38,532 nt of DNA from a virus, in the IMG/VR virus record IMGVR_UViG_3300028841_000391, positions 1-38,532 of that record; one strand, given 5' to 3'. The first letter of the stretch is position 1; every line of letters starts with the position of its first letter. Positions 1 to 6,643 of this stretch are shown one piece after another. The notes beneath the pieces are model-generated. The model was not told where the DNA came from, did no database searches, and saw only the letters and a list, made by a program, of their open reading frames with translations. A program made the translations under genes and the position numbers.

Positions 1-141
1 CATTACAAATCTTTAGAAGCAGATCCAAAGATGGCTTGCCGAATCGACCGATTTCAATGTTGGAGATATGCGCGCGGCTAATGTTACATTTCTCGGCAAG
101 TTCTTGCGGCGACAAGTCTAACTGACACCGATATTTGGCTA
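1..141. repeat. Direct terminal repeat, copy 1 (identical to 38392-38532)
   Basis: The 141 nt CATTACAAATCTTTAGAAGC...CACCGATATTTGGCTA read identically at both window ends. The repeat lies inside a reading frame that is complete only when the ends are joined. Confidence 0.97.
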
Positions 142-202
142 TGTTATAACCAATTGTACCCTTCTTTCGTTTCACTTCAGGTTTTCTGAATTCGAATGGC
201 AC
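1..202 (-). CDS. XRE/Cro-CI family HTH regulator, N-terminal part (gene wraps to 38342-38391)
   Basis: My own translation: (V)PFEFRKPEVKRKKGTIGYNIAKYRCQLDLSPQELAEKCNISRAHISNIEIGRFGKPSLDLLLKICN... It carries the classic XRE HTH signature (QxxLAxxxxISxxxISxIExG). GTG start at 202 preceded by AAAGGTGA; an internal GTG at 175 is an alternative start. Confidence 0.88.
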   Translation of the reverse strand, partial: MPFEFRKPEVKRKKGTIGYNIAKYRCQLDLSPQELAEKCNISRAHISNIEIGRFGKPSLDLLLKICN

Positions 203-217
203 ATGTCACCTTTTTCC

Positions 218-246
218 ATACTATGACATACCAATAAGTTTGTCAA
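218..246 (-). promoter_or_regulatory. Candidate sigma70-type promoter for the XRE regulator operon
   Basis: On the minus strand: TTGACA (246-241), 17-nt spacer, TAGTAT (223-218). It lies about 15 nt upstream of the AAAGGTGA RBS and the GTG at 202. Confidence 0.5.
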
Positions 247-257
247 ACAAACTTATT
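233..257. promoter_or_regulatory. Perfect 10-bp-arm palindromic operator AATAAGTTTG-TCAAA-CAAACTTATT
   Basis: The arms at 233-242 and 248-257 are exact reverse complements. It sits between the divergent XRE gene and the rightward early unit, and covers both candidate -35 hexamers. Confidence 0.8.
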
Positions 258-267
258 GCGACACAAT
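240..267 (+). promoter_or_regulatory. Candidate rightward early promoter, sharing its -35 region back-to-back with the XRE promoter
   Basis: TTGTCA (240-245), 16-nt spacer, CACAAT (262-267). The hexamers are weaker than in the other four copies. Confidence 0.35.
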
Positions 268-336
268 GAGTTGTGAGAGAAAACGGATACTTTCTTTACA
301 TTGTGCAAAAAGAAAAGATATGCTCGCTAAAAAGAA

Positions 337-394
337 GGCCCTTCCCCCTTGGCCATGACAGTCACAGAAACAGAAACGGATAGGGGAAAGGGCC
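337..394 (+). other. Long-range stem enclosing a gene-less copy of the conserved early leader
   Basis: GGCCCTTCCCC (337-347) pairs with GGGGAAAGGGCC (383-394) for 11 bp with one bulge. The loop contains ACAGAAACAGAAACGGA (364-380). GGCCATGAC is directly repeated at 351-359 and 391-399. Confidence 0.4.
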
Positions 395-434
395 ATGACG
401 TAGGCTGGGCTCGAGCCAGCATCCTCAAGGTGCA

Positions 435-461
435 GATTGCTGCATTGAGATTCTGCATTGA
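435..461 (+). repeat. Tandem 13/14-mer GATT(G)CTGCATTGA x2
   Basis: GATTGCTGCATTGA (435-448) is followed directly by GATTCTGCATTGA (449-461), in non-coding sequence. Confidence 0.6.
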
Positions 462-526
462 ACCACTGCGTCGATCCCAGGATTCATGCCTTGCCTGGGC
501 TGGCATTTTGCGCTATTGTTAGTCTG

Positions 527-559
527 CTGCTACGCATGCCGCCAAGCATGCGTGAGCAG
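527..559 (+). other. Strong GC-rich hairpin (13 bp, one bulge, 6-nt loop) in the long early leader
   Basis: CTGCTACGCATGC (527-539), loop CGCCAA, then GCATGCGT-G-AGCAG (546-559). No U-run follows on either strand, so it is not a canonical terminator. Confidence 0.6.
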
Positions 560-710
560 GTAACAAAGCACAAGATACAACAAATTAGTAATACCGTTGA
601 GATCCACCCAGTGGAATGGACAAAAGGAGCTCAACAGTACGGCGCGGTGCGGAAAGGTACGACATGAACGTATCTCTATGCGATCGCATTGTCAAGAGAA
701 AGGTGCGTTC

Positions 711-1781
711 ATGTCTATCAAAGCCATGTCCCATGTGTGGGAAGTAACAAATCTGAACACGTACGAGAAATTTGTCCTGCTGGCTCTCGCCGATTACTGC
801 AACCACAACCTGGTGGCATGGCCGAGCGTGCAAACGTTGGCTGAGAAAGTCCGGATGTCTAAAAATGGCGTCCGCAACATTTTGGAGAGACTTGTTGCGA
901 TGGGCGCGCTGGAAGTCAAGCATCGAAAACAAAAAAATGGTCTCAATCGCTCCTCTTTGTACAGAATCGTTCTCTCTGCGTTGTCCACAATGCCACCAGA
1001 TATCGACGGAACCCCAGGTGAAATCGAAGACGATAGCGACGACGATCTTTTTGAAAGTGACACCAAAGATGGGGGTAGTGCATCCGGTGCACCACCCATC
1101 ACACAGGGGGTAGTGCATCCGGTGAGCAAGGTAGTGCACCCCGTGCACCCAGATCCGGTCATTGAACCGGGTATACAAATAACTCTACAGGATCAACCAA
1201 CGTTAGCTGGCCCCCCAACCAATGTGGGTACCGCTGCATTTTTTGAAAAAGAGAACGAAGGGAATCTGAACACGCAACCCCAAGCACAACAGGATCCCAA
1301 ACAAACAGAGTTCAAAAGACACAACCTATATCGCGCCCTGGAGGCGCTACAGTCAACGCTAGCGGGTCACGTGGACTTTGAGCAGGGCGAACACAATGGA
1401 GGCCAACCTGGGCAAAATTGCGCCCTATTGGATCCGTCCCTGGAAACGATGTTCAAGGAAAAGATTGCCAGGTACGCAAGAGGTCGCAAAAAAGGTCTCA
1501 ACAACATCCTGGACGACATGAAGCAGCTTGGGGAGCAAGTCAAAAAAACCCAGCCCAAGGCAATAACCTTTCGCACTCTTCTGTGCGCTGGAAGCTTTGA
1601 AAAGTGTCTAGAGGCCATCCCCAACAACAAACCCCAGCAACCCAAAACACCCAGGCCGCTAGCTCATGGGCTTTGGGAACCCGCACCAAGGCCTGTGCTG
1701 ACCCCAGAAGAGCACGCCGCAAATCTGGCAATTTTAAATGAGCTGAGAACGAAACTGCAAACAAGGGAATTTGCGATATAA
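711..1781 (+). CDS. Replication initiator-like protein with N-terminal winged-helix (HTH_36-type) domain
   Basis: ATG at 711 with AAAGGTG 7 nt upstream. N-terminus: MSIKAMSHVWEVTNLNTYEKFVLLALADYCNHNLVAWPSVQTLAEKVRMSKNGVRNILERLVAMGALEV, the pattern of phage replication/primosome winged-helix proteins. An acidic linker and a basic C-terminal half follow, and iteron-like repeats lie inside the gene. Confidence 0.65.
   Translation: MSIKAMSHVWEVTNLNTYEKFVLLALADYCNHNLVAWPSVQTLAEKVRMSKNGVRNILERLVAMGALEVKHRKQKNGLNRSSLYRIVLSALSTMPPDIDGTPGEIEDDSDDDLFESDTKDGGSASGAPPITQGVVHPVSKVVHPVHPDPVIEPGIQITLQDQPTLAGPPTNVGTAAFFEKENEGNLNTQPQAQQDPKQTEFKRHNLYRALEALQSTLAGHVDFEQGEHNGGQPGQNCALLDPSLETMFKEKIARYARGRKKGLNNILDDMKQLGEQVKKTQPKAITFRTLLCAGSFEKCLEAIPNNKPQQPKTPRPLAHGLWEPAPRPVLTPEEHAANLAILNELRTKLQTREFAI
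1071..1146 (+). repeat. Iteron-like direct repeats inside the replication gene (candidate ori)
   Basis: GGGGGTAGTGCATCCGGTG occurs at 1071-1089 and again exactly at 1106-1124. A third degenerate copy, GGTAGTGCACCCCGTG, is at 1130-1145. The region encodes the VVHPV repeats of the linker. Confidence 0.55.
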
Positions 1782-1820
1782 ACCATTGACGCAAAACAAC
1801 TATATGGAGACAATGAGCAG

Positions 1821-1994
1821 ATGAGCCCCATCATACCAGCATTGGCAGTTTTTCTGATTGGCATCACCCTCCTCCTTGTCAAGTTATTTATTGACGGCCA
1901 GTTCTACATCGCATGCGCCCTGATTTGTGCGTTGGGACTGTTTGGAGTCATTGTTGCCGGAGGGATGCATGCAAAAAAAGAGAATCAACACTAA
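1821..1994 (+). CDS. 57-aa two-TM membrane protein (below the ORF-track cutoff)
   Basis: My own translation: MSPIIPALAVFLIGITLLLVKLFIDGQFYIACALICALGLFGVIVAGGMHAKKENQH. GGAGA lies 10 nt upstream. It has two hydrophobic helices and a charged tail. Confidence 0.55.
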   Translation: MSPIIPALAVFLIGITLLLVKLFIDGQFYIACALICALGLFGVIVAGGMHAKKENQH

Positions 1995-2004
1995 GCTCAT
2001 CAAC

Positions 2005-2400
2005 ATGCGAATGAAAAAAGCCATGCCATGGATGTACGAAACAAACATCAGGATATGGGAGCAAGACAATCTGCTTTGCGTGGCACTCAGAATCTTTGGG
2101 CATGGTGGCTGGTGTGGATATGTGGGCCTCAATGGGACAATCCCAAGCGAACAAGTAGACAGCATCAAGCTGCCTGACAAAAGGCCGGTGAGGATCATCT
2201 CTCTGCGTGAGGGGTGGCATCAGAACCCAGTGCTGAACTACGTGGGGCCTAATCACTGCTGGGTGGCGGTTGACTTTTGCCAGCAAGACGACGTGTACCC
2301 GCTGAACTTTTTGACAGAGAGAAAGAAGCCCGCCAGCTACAAAACCATTGAATACGTCATAAACACGGTAAACCAAATCGCAGAACAACTCCTTGCATAA
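2005..2400 (+). CDS. Hypothetical protein, short paralogue of 6633-7400 (CGYVG family)
   Basis: Trimmed from track ORF 1927-2400, whose 5' end overlaps the 1821-1994 gene. It shares GHGGWCGYVGL and WVAVDFCQQDD with the 6633-7400 product. The start is uncertain because no clear SD is present. Confidence 0.55.
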   Translation: MRMKKAMPWMYETNIRIWEQDNLLCVALRIFGHGGWCGYVGLNGTIPSEQVDSIKLPDKRPVRIISLREGWHQNPVLNYVGPNHCWVAVDFCQQDDVYPLNFLTERKKPASYKTIEYVINTVNQIAEQLLA

Positions 2401-2422
2401 AATCAGCGACGAACAAGGCACG

Positions 2423-2507
2423 AATAAGTTTTTTTGGTAAACTTTATATTGACAGAATAGTATTGTGTGGTAAACTTATTATTAGAAACAGAAACGGAGA
2501 CAACACC
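2423..2507 (+). promoter_or_regulatory. Early promoter/operator/leader copy A
   Basis: TTGACA (2449-2454), 16-nt spacer, TG-G-TAAACT extended -10 (2468-2476). Half-sites: AATAAGTTT (2423-2431), AAACTTTAT (2439-2447), AAACTTATT (2472-2480). Leader AGAAACAGAAACGGAGACAACACC at 2484-2507, directly before the ATG. Confidence 0.7.
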
Positions 2508-2825
2508 ATGGACTTCACACAACAAGCTCAAGAAATTCTCGGCAACAAAGCAACGGGTGTAATTCGCCACTTTCCAGTCGGCAGCATCGGCCACAAAGCC
2601 ATTACCATCATTCTCAACCTTGCGGGCAAAAAAGAAACAGGTAAAAAAGAATGGACGAAAGCCATCGAAATATGTGAAATCGCTAAAAAAGAAGTTTGGG
2701 AAGCCGATGCTTCAGAAAAATATTGCAGCGCATTAAGCGCGGCTGTCTACATCGCAGAGGCAGCAATTGAGTATGAAGTGATGCTAGAGCGCGCAGCCAA
2801 AATGGCAAAATGGGCAAATTCGTAA
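2508..2825 (+). CDS. Hypothetical helical protein, short member of paralogue family A
   Basis: ATG at 2508 follows the conserved leader (GGAGA 8 nt upstream). MDFTQQAQEILGNKATGVIRHFPVGSIGHKAITIILNL...KKEW... aligns with the N-proximal block and conserved Trp of 3553, 4859 and 7929. Confidence 0.7.
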   Translation: MDFTQQAQEILGNKATGVIRHFPVGSIGHKAITIILNLAGKKETGKKEWTKAIEICEIAKKEVWEADASEKYCSALSAAVYIAEAAIEYEVMLERAAKMAKWANS

Positions 2826-2835
2826 GGAGATAGCG

Positions 2836-3168
2836 ATGAATAGTCAAACATACATAAGAACACTCAACACAATGAACAAACAGCAACCAACCAGCGAAGA
2901 GAAATATCAGCTGCTTTGGTTTGCCATGATGGCTACCCAAGACCTGCCGGTGCGTTTCATTGGTCAATACATCATGGGCGGGGTGTTAGAGATTCGTTTT
3001 GCTGCATACAAGGTTTTGTTGCAAATCTCACCAGAAGACCAATCAATCGAAATGGTTCTTTTTCAAGATGGTGAATTTGTTGCACACCTCGAAAGAATTG
3101 AGCGGTATGACCATTTCGACAAGCTGCGCGAAATTTTGAAAATGTATTGCTGTGAGGAAGCGGCATGA
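2836..3168 (+). CDS. Hypothetical protein, paralogue family B (B1)
   Basis: RBS AAGGAGA. KYQLLWFAMMATQDLPVRFIGQY aligns with HYRLLRSVLMVTEKMPVRKIAQF of 4120-4497. Confidence 0.7.
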   Translation: MNSQTYIRTLNTMNKQQPTSEEKYQLLWFAMMATQDLPVRFIGQYIMGGVLEIRFAAYKVLLQISPEDQSIEMVLFQDGEFVAHLERIERYDHFDKLREILKMYCCEEAA

Positions 3169-3533
3169 CCATTCCACCACTCACAAACGAGCAGACAAAA
3201 GAGCTGGTCCAAGAAGTTTTTGGTGCGGAATTGTACGACATGAGAATGTCGGGCTTCAGCGAACATGCATGCAAAGAGGCATGGGTGATGGCGATGAGAG
3301 CAATCAACCCTCGCCTCCTCATCAAGGGAACGAGCTACGGAGCGCCTGCTGACGCACATGAGATCTTTCCGATTGCAGGTGCCCTCTTCCGCTCGATGTT
3401 GATTGGGCTCAACCCGGCCGTAAAATCCGCCGGGGAAACCCTGACGGCACTGGGCAAGCGAGAGTTGGCGGTCAGAGCGTATCGGTCTGCTGGCCGCCTT
3501 TTGCAAAAACAAAAAACCTCAAAAGCAGCATAA
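3165..3533 (+). CDS. Hypothetical protein
   Basis: ATGA start/stop overlap with the upstream gene; RBS GAGGAAG; 122-aa track ORF. No motif recognised. Confidence 0.65.
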   Translation: MTIPPLTNEQTKELVQEVFGAELYDMRMSGFSEHACKEAWVMAMRAINPRLLIKGTSYGAPADAHEIFPIAGALFRSMLIGLNPAVKSAGETLTALGKRELAVRAYRSAGRLLQKQKTSKAA

Positions 3534-3552
3534 AAATAAAACGGGAGGATAC

Positions 3553-4119
3553 ATGGACACCGCAGCAAAAACAGCCCTGCAAATTGAAAAAGCATGCCTA
3601 CATAAACTAATAGAGGTTGTTCCTGCTTCACGCCAGCGAATGTTTCTCATTACCCTCTTGGAGGATCCGAGCTATGGCGTTCTAAACGCAGTGAAGGGAG
3701 ATTCTCAATATTACAAGGTCGCTTCAGTGGCGCTCGCCGTACTTAGACACCCACCCTTTGACATGGACGGCATGAACTGGGTCAATGGCTCTGCGCAGCG
3801 GTTGTTACGCACTGAATTGCTGCGCAGCGATTTTCAGCTTAGAGAGAAAACTATCTACAGCCATGCAATGTCAACAGTTGTGTGGGTGGCAAAATGGGTT
3901 GCCATGGAGTTTGCGATTGGGATAGTCTCAGAATCAAGCGGTGAATGTTTGATGAATCCACAGAGAGAAGCGATTGAAAACGCCGCGAAACACGCCGCCA
4001 TTGCGCTTAGTGGTGGCGAGTGGCCAATCGAAATGAAATTTCACTACCAATGGATGTTTGAGACTTTGACAGAAATTCTTAGAAGTCCACAAGGTATTTC
4101 AGAGAAAGTTGAGAATTAG
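3553..4119 (+). CDS. Hypothetical helical protein, paralogue family A (A1)
   Basis: RBS GGGAGGA. Carries the family blocks RQRMFLITLLEDPSYGVL and C-terminal HYQWMFETLTEIL. Confidence 0.75.
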   Translation: MDTAAKTALQIEKACLHKLIEVVPASRQRMFLITLLEDPSYGVLNAVKGDSQYYKVASVALAVLRHPPFDMDGMNWVNGSAQRLLRTELLRSDFQLREKTIYSHAMSTVVWVAKWVAMEFAIGIVSESSGECLMNPQREAIENAAKHAAIALSGGEWPIEMKFHYQWMFETLTEILRSPQGISEKVEN

Positions 4120-4497
4120 ATGAGTAACGCCTACTACAAAACAGGAATCACCCAGCCAATCCTACGGAAAAAAAGACGCAGCAGCACCAAGATTCACTAC
4201 AGGCTGCTTCGTTCTGTTCTCATGGTTACTGAAAAGATGCCAGTGCGCAAAATAGCGCAATTTCTTCATGAAGAAGACAAATCTGTGGTGATTGTAGATT
4301 TTGGCACCTATGAAGCACGCTTGGCGTGCTCACTGGAGTCAAACTTGGGCACATGGGTCACCATCACGCCACTTGGTCAAAGCAAGGACGCCTTTGTGCA
4401 CCGCATGGGGTACGACCCCCTTGATGGAGACATGACCTTTGCACAGCGGCTGGAGTTGTACAATTTTCTCGCGCACTTCGCACGTTATTACGCATAG
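4120..4497 (+). CDS. Hypothetical protein, paralogue family B (B2)
   Basis: Starts directly after the upstream TAG. Carries the family B block HYRLLRSVLMVTEKMPVRKIAQF. Confidence 0.7.
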   Translation: MSNAYYKTGITQPILRKKRRSSTKIHYRLLRSVLMVTEKMPVRKIAQFLHEEDKSVVIVDFGTYEARLACSLESNLGTWVTITPLGQSKDAFVHRMGYDPLDGDMTFAQRLELYNFLAHFARYYA

Positions 4498-4505
4498 GAG
4501 GACAC

Positions 4506-4850
4506 ATGAGACATTACAGGTTGGTTCAGTTTGTTTGTATGTGTCTTACGGGCGTTCATGAAAGAAAAGAGAAGGACGAAGGCGAAACAAAAGAATATGT
4601 CCTTATGTACGTGCCCAGGGGAAATGAAGTCAATGACAAGAGCGCAGCAATATACATTTCAGAAGACATGACAATGGTCAGTGAAAAGTCTTTGAAAATA
4701 TTTGAGAAATATGGTCTGCTCTGGATTGCGCTTATTCATAACTCTCGGCCTATACAAATTAGGGGAATTGGCAGAGAAGGCTCTGAGCTATATAAGTACT
4801 TATGTTTGTACATAGATAACGATTGGCAACGCATTGGCGAGGAAAACTAA
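4506..4850 (+). CDS. Hypothetical protein, paralogue family B (B3, tandem duplicate of B2)
   Basis: RBS AGGAGGA. The N-terminus MRHYRLVQFVCMCLTGVHERK aligns with B2. A second B-like block, YGLLWIALIHNSRPIQIRGIG, lies near the C-terminus. Confidence 0.65.
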   Translation: MRHYRLVQFVCMCLTGVHERKEKDEGETKEYVLMYVPRGNEVNDKSAAIYISEDMTMVSEKSLKIFEKYGLLWIALIHNSRPIQIRGIGREGSELYKYLCLYIDNDWQRIGEEN

Positions 4851-4858
4851 GGAGAATC

Positions 4859-5332
4859 ATGCAACCCGCGAAAACGAAAAAGTCAATCAAAAGGCGGCGC
4901 AGAGACATGGAAACACTTTTGCAGAACGCATCGAGAAAACACATCAGTCGGGTGTTCCTGCTGCTCCTGGATGATCAGATGTATGGCATCACCCACTTCA
5001 TCAACGGCAGCTCGCCAATACTGTCGCACATCATCCTGTTGCTTGAAAACCAAAAAACTTGTCAGAAGGAGTGGATGCATGCCAGAAATGCGGTCATGCG
5101 CGAAGTCGCCGACATGTCTATTATTGCGGCATCGGTTCTCTGGCTGGTTGCAAACGCCATGATGTACCCTGACGTCACCGACACGCTGCCCCTGGTTCGA
5201 CAAGAGGCCAATCGAGCCATTTCCATTGCATCGACGTTTTGCAACAGCAGGCAAGAATGCCTGTCCTATCGAAGGTGGATAAACGATGCAGTGGTTGAAA
5301 TCACAACAGAAGCAACAGGAAAAACAGAATGA
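4859..5332 (+). CDS. Hypothetical helical protein, paralogue family A (A2)
   Basis: ATG at 4859 with AAGGAGAA upstream (the track ORF begins earlier, at 4823). Carries ISRVFLLLLDDQMYGIT, KEW and C-terminal SYRRWINDAVVEI. Confidence 0.72.
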   Translation: MQPAKTKKSIKRRRRDMETLLQNASRKHISRVFLLLLDDQMYGITHFINGSSPILSHIILLLENQKTCQKEWMHARNAVMREVADMSIIAASVLWLVANAMMYPDVTDTLPLVRQEANRAISIASTFCNSRQECLSYRRWINDAVVEITTEATGKTE

Positions 5333-6141
5333 ACACAACATGTTTTGACTTGAAAAAAATCAACACCTTAACCAAGTACCCAAGCATACCGACCTACCAC
5401 CAGATGGCTGACAGAGGGATGCTCGCAGATGTGCCTCTAGAGATTCCAGAAGGCCCTCTTTATCTGTCTGAGAAGATAGATGGCACCAATGCCAGAATCA
5501 TTGAGTTTGTCAATCCCGATGAAAGAGACTGGCCGAAAGAGCGCGCTTGGCTCATTGGGTCTCGTGAAGAGCTTCTACATGCCAAGGGCGACCTCATTCC
5601 TAGCAATGATCAAGGAATTGTGGAGGCCTTGGAAGCAACGGCTGAATCACTCTCGGTCCTACTAAAAACTCACGCTCCAGGAATAGTGGTTTACTACGGA
5701 GAGGTATATGGAAGTAAAATAGGCGCGGCGTGCAAAAATTACACCCAAAAAGGTTCTTCAGGGTTTAGGTTGTTTGACGTTGCCGCGTACTCGTATGAAG
5801 TGTTCGCAAAGATCTTGGAGATGCCTATCGAGAAAATTGCTTCATGGCGGGAACAAAACCTGCAACCATGGCTGCCTACTAAATTCATAAGCACAGCTCC
5901 AGGGTGCCCCCCCATCATGCGGGTCCCCACATGGCAAATAGAGGCCCCCGATTCTACCATGCCAAAAACCCCACAAGCCACCTTAAAATGGCTGGCGCAG
6001 TTTCCAACGGACACGAAATGCGCGTTGGACGGCCAGCCAGGAATGGCAGAAGGATACGTTCTCAGAAATGAAAACAGGTCCTTCATCGCAAAGCTTCGCT
6101 TTGAAGACTACACACGTACCTTGACAAAGCGGTTGGCATAA
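5329..6141 (+). CDS. ATP-dependent RNA ligase, Rnl2-like adenylyltransferase domain
   Basis: Covalent nucleotidyltransferase motifs occur in order: I SEKIDGTN (Lys codon at 5473-5475), Ia IGSRE, III VYYGEVYG, IIIa FRLFDV, IV AEGYVLR, V IAKLRFEDY. ATGA overlap with the upstream gene. Confidence 0.75.
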   Translation: MNTTCFDLKKINTLTKYPSIPTYHQMADRGMLADVPLEIPEGPLYLSEKIDGTNARIIEFVNPDERDWPKERAWLIGSREELLHAKGDLIPSNDQGIVEALEATAESLSVLLKTHAPGIVVYYGEVYGSKIGAACKNYTQKGSSGFRLFDVAAYSYEVFAKILEMPIEKIASWREQNLQPWLPTKFISTAPGCPPIMRVPTWQIEAPDSTMPKTPQATLKWLAQFPTDTKCALDGQPGMAEGYVLRNENRSFIAKLRFEDYTRTLTKRLA

Positions 6142-6142
6142 A

Positions 6143-6643
6143 ATGGAAACAAAGCAACAAGAAACAATAGATGGCCTAACAGTGTCAGACATTTCAATTC
6201 GCCACGATAAAGTCAAGGAACTACAAGAAGCCTTCAACAAAGCAGGCATCAGAGTCACGCATGGAGAAGCGTTTGTTTTGTTGCGTATTCAGCTGATCAA
6301 CCGGGTGGATATTTCTCTGCATGAACGCGTGCCAAATTTGGATGGGGATTTGAATTTGCGCATCGATGTGGTCAAACCCCAATGGGCGAAACAAATGGTG
6401 ATGGAAATAATACAAGCAGGCCAAGAAATGGGAAAAGCGCCCCCACGGGATCCACCTGCCCGAAATGGCGAATCCGCCTTGCTTAAGTTGGCGGAAATTG
6501 GACGTTTGTACCCATCGGATCCAGACATGCCAACCGATGGGGCCGCAAATGTAGACCACTATCTGTATGGTGCGCCAAAACAGGAAAGTACAGTCACATG
6601 CCTAACAACAACACTGAGGAATGGAGGAAAGAATGGAGAATGA
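6143..6643 (+). CDS. Hypothetical protein
   Basis: 166-aa track ORF, 1 nt after the ligase stop. It overlaps the next gene by 11 nt. No motif recognised. Confidence 0.6.
   Translation: METKQQETIDGLTVSDISIRHDKVKELQEAFNKAGIRVTHGEAFVLLRIQLINRVDISLHERVPNLDGDLNLRIDVVKPQWAKQMVMEIIQAGQEMGKAPPRDPPARNGESALLKLAEIGRLYPSDPDMPTDGAANVDHYLYGAPKQESTVTCLTTTLRNGGKNGE

Noticed and set aside
485-510. Possible rho-independent terminator (ATGCC..GGCAT + TTTT) ending a short rightward transcript
   Set aside because: The stem has only 5 contiguous bp with an 11-nt loop, which is too weak to call from sequence alone.
458-667. 69-aa ORF in the long early leader (possible cro-like gene)
   Set aside because: It has no SD, its composition is unlike the neighbouring genes, and it spans the strong hairpin. 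It has no HTH pattern. A 27-codon Cys-rich ORF at 664-747 with an AAAGGT RBS is also left uncalled because it overlaps the replication gene start.
585-1178. 197-aa minus-strand ORF overlapping the replication gene
   Set aside because: It is antisense to a gene with a clear wHTH domain and RBS. The translation is Cys/His/Trp-rich with no motif. The nested ORFs 772-1113 and 794-1162 are likewise shadow frames.
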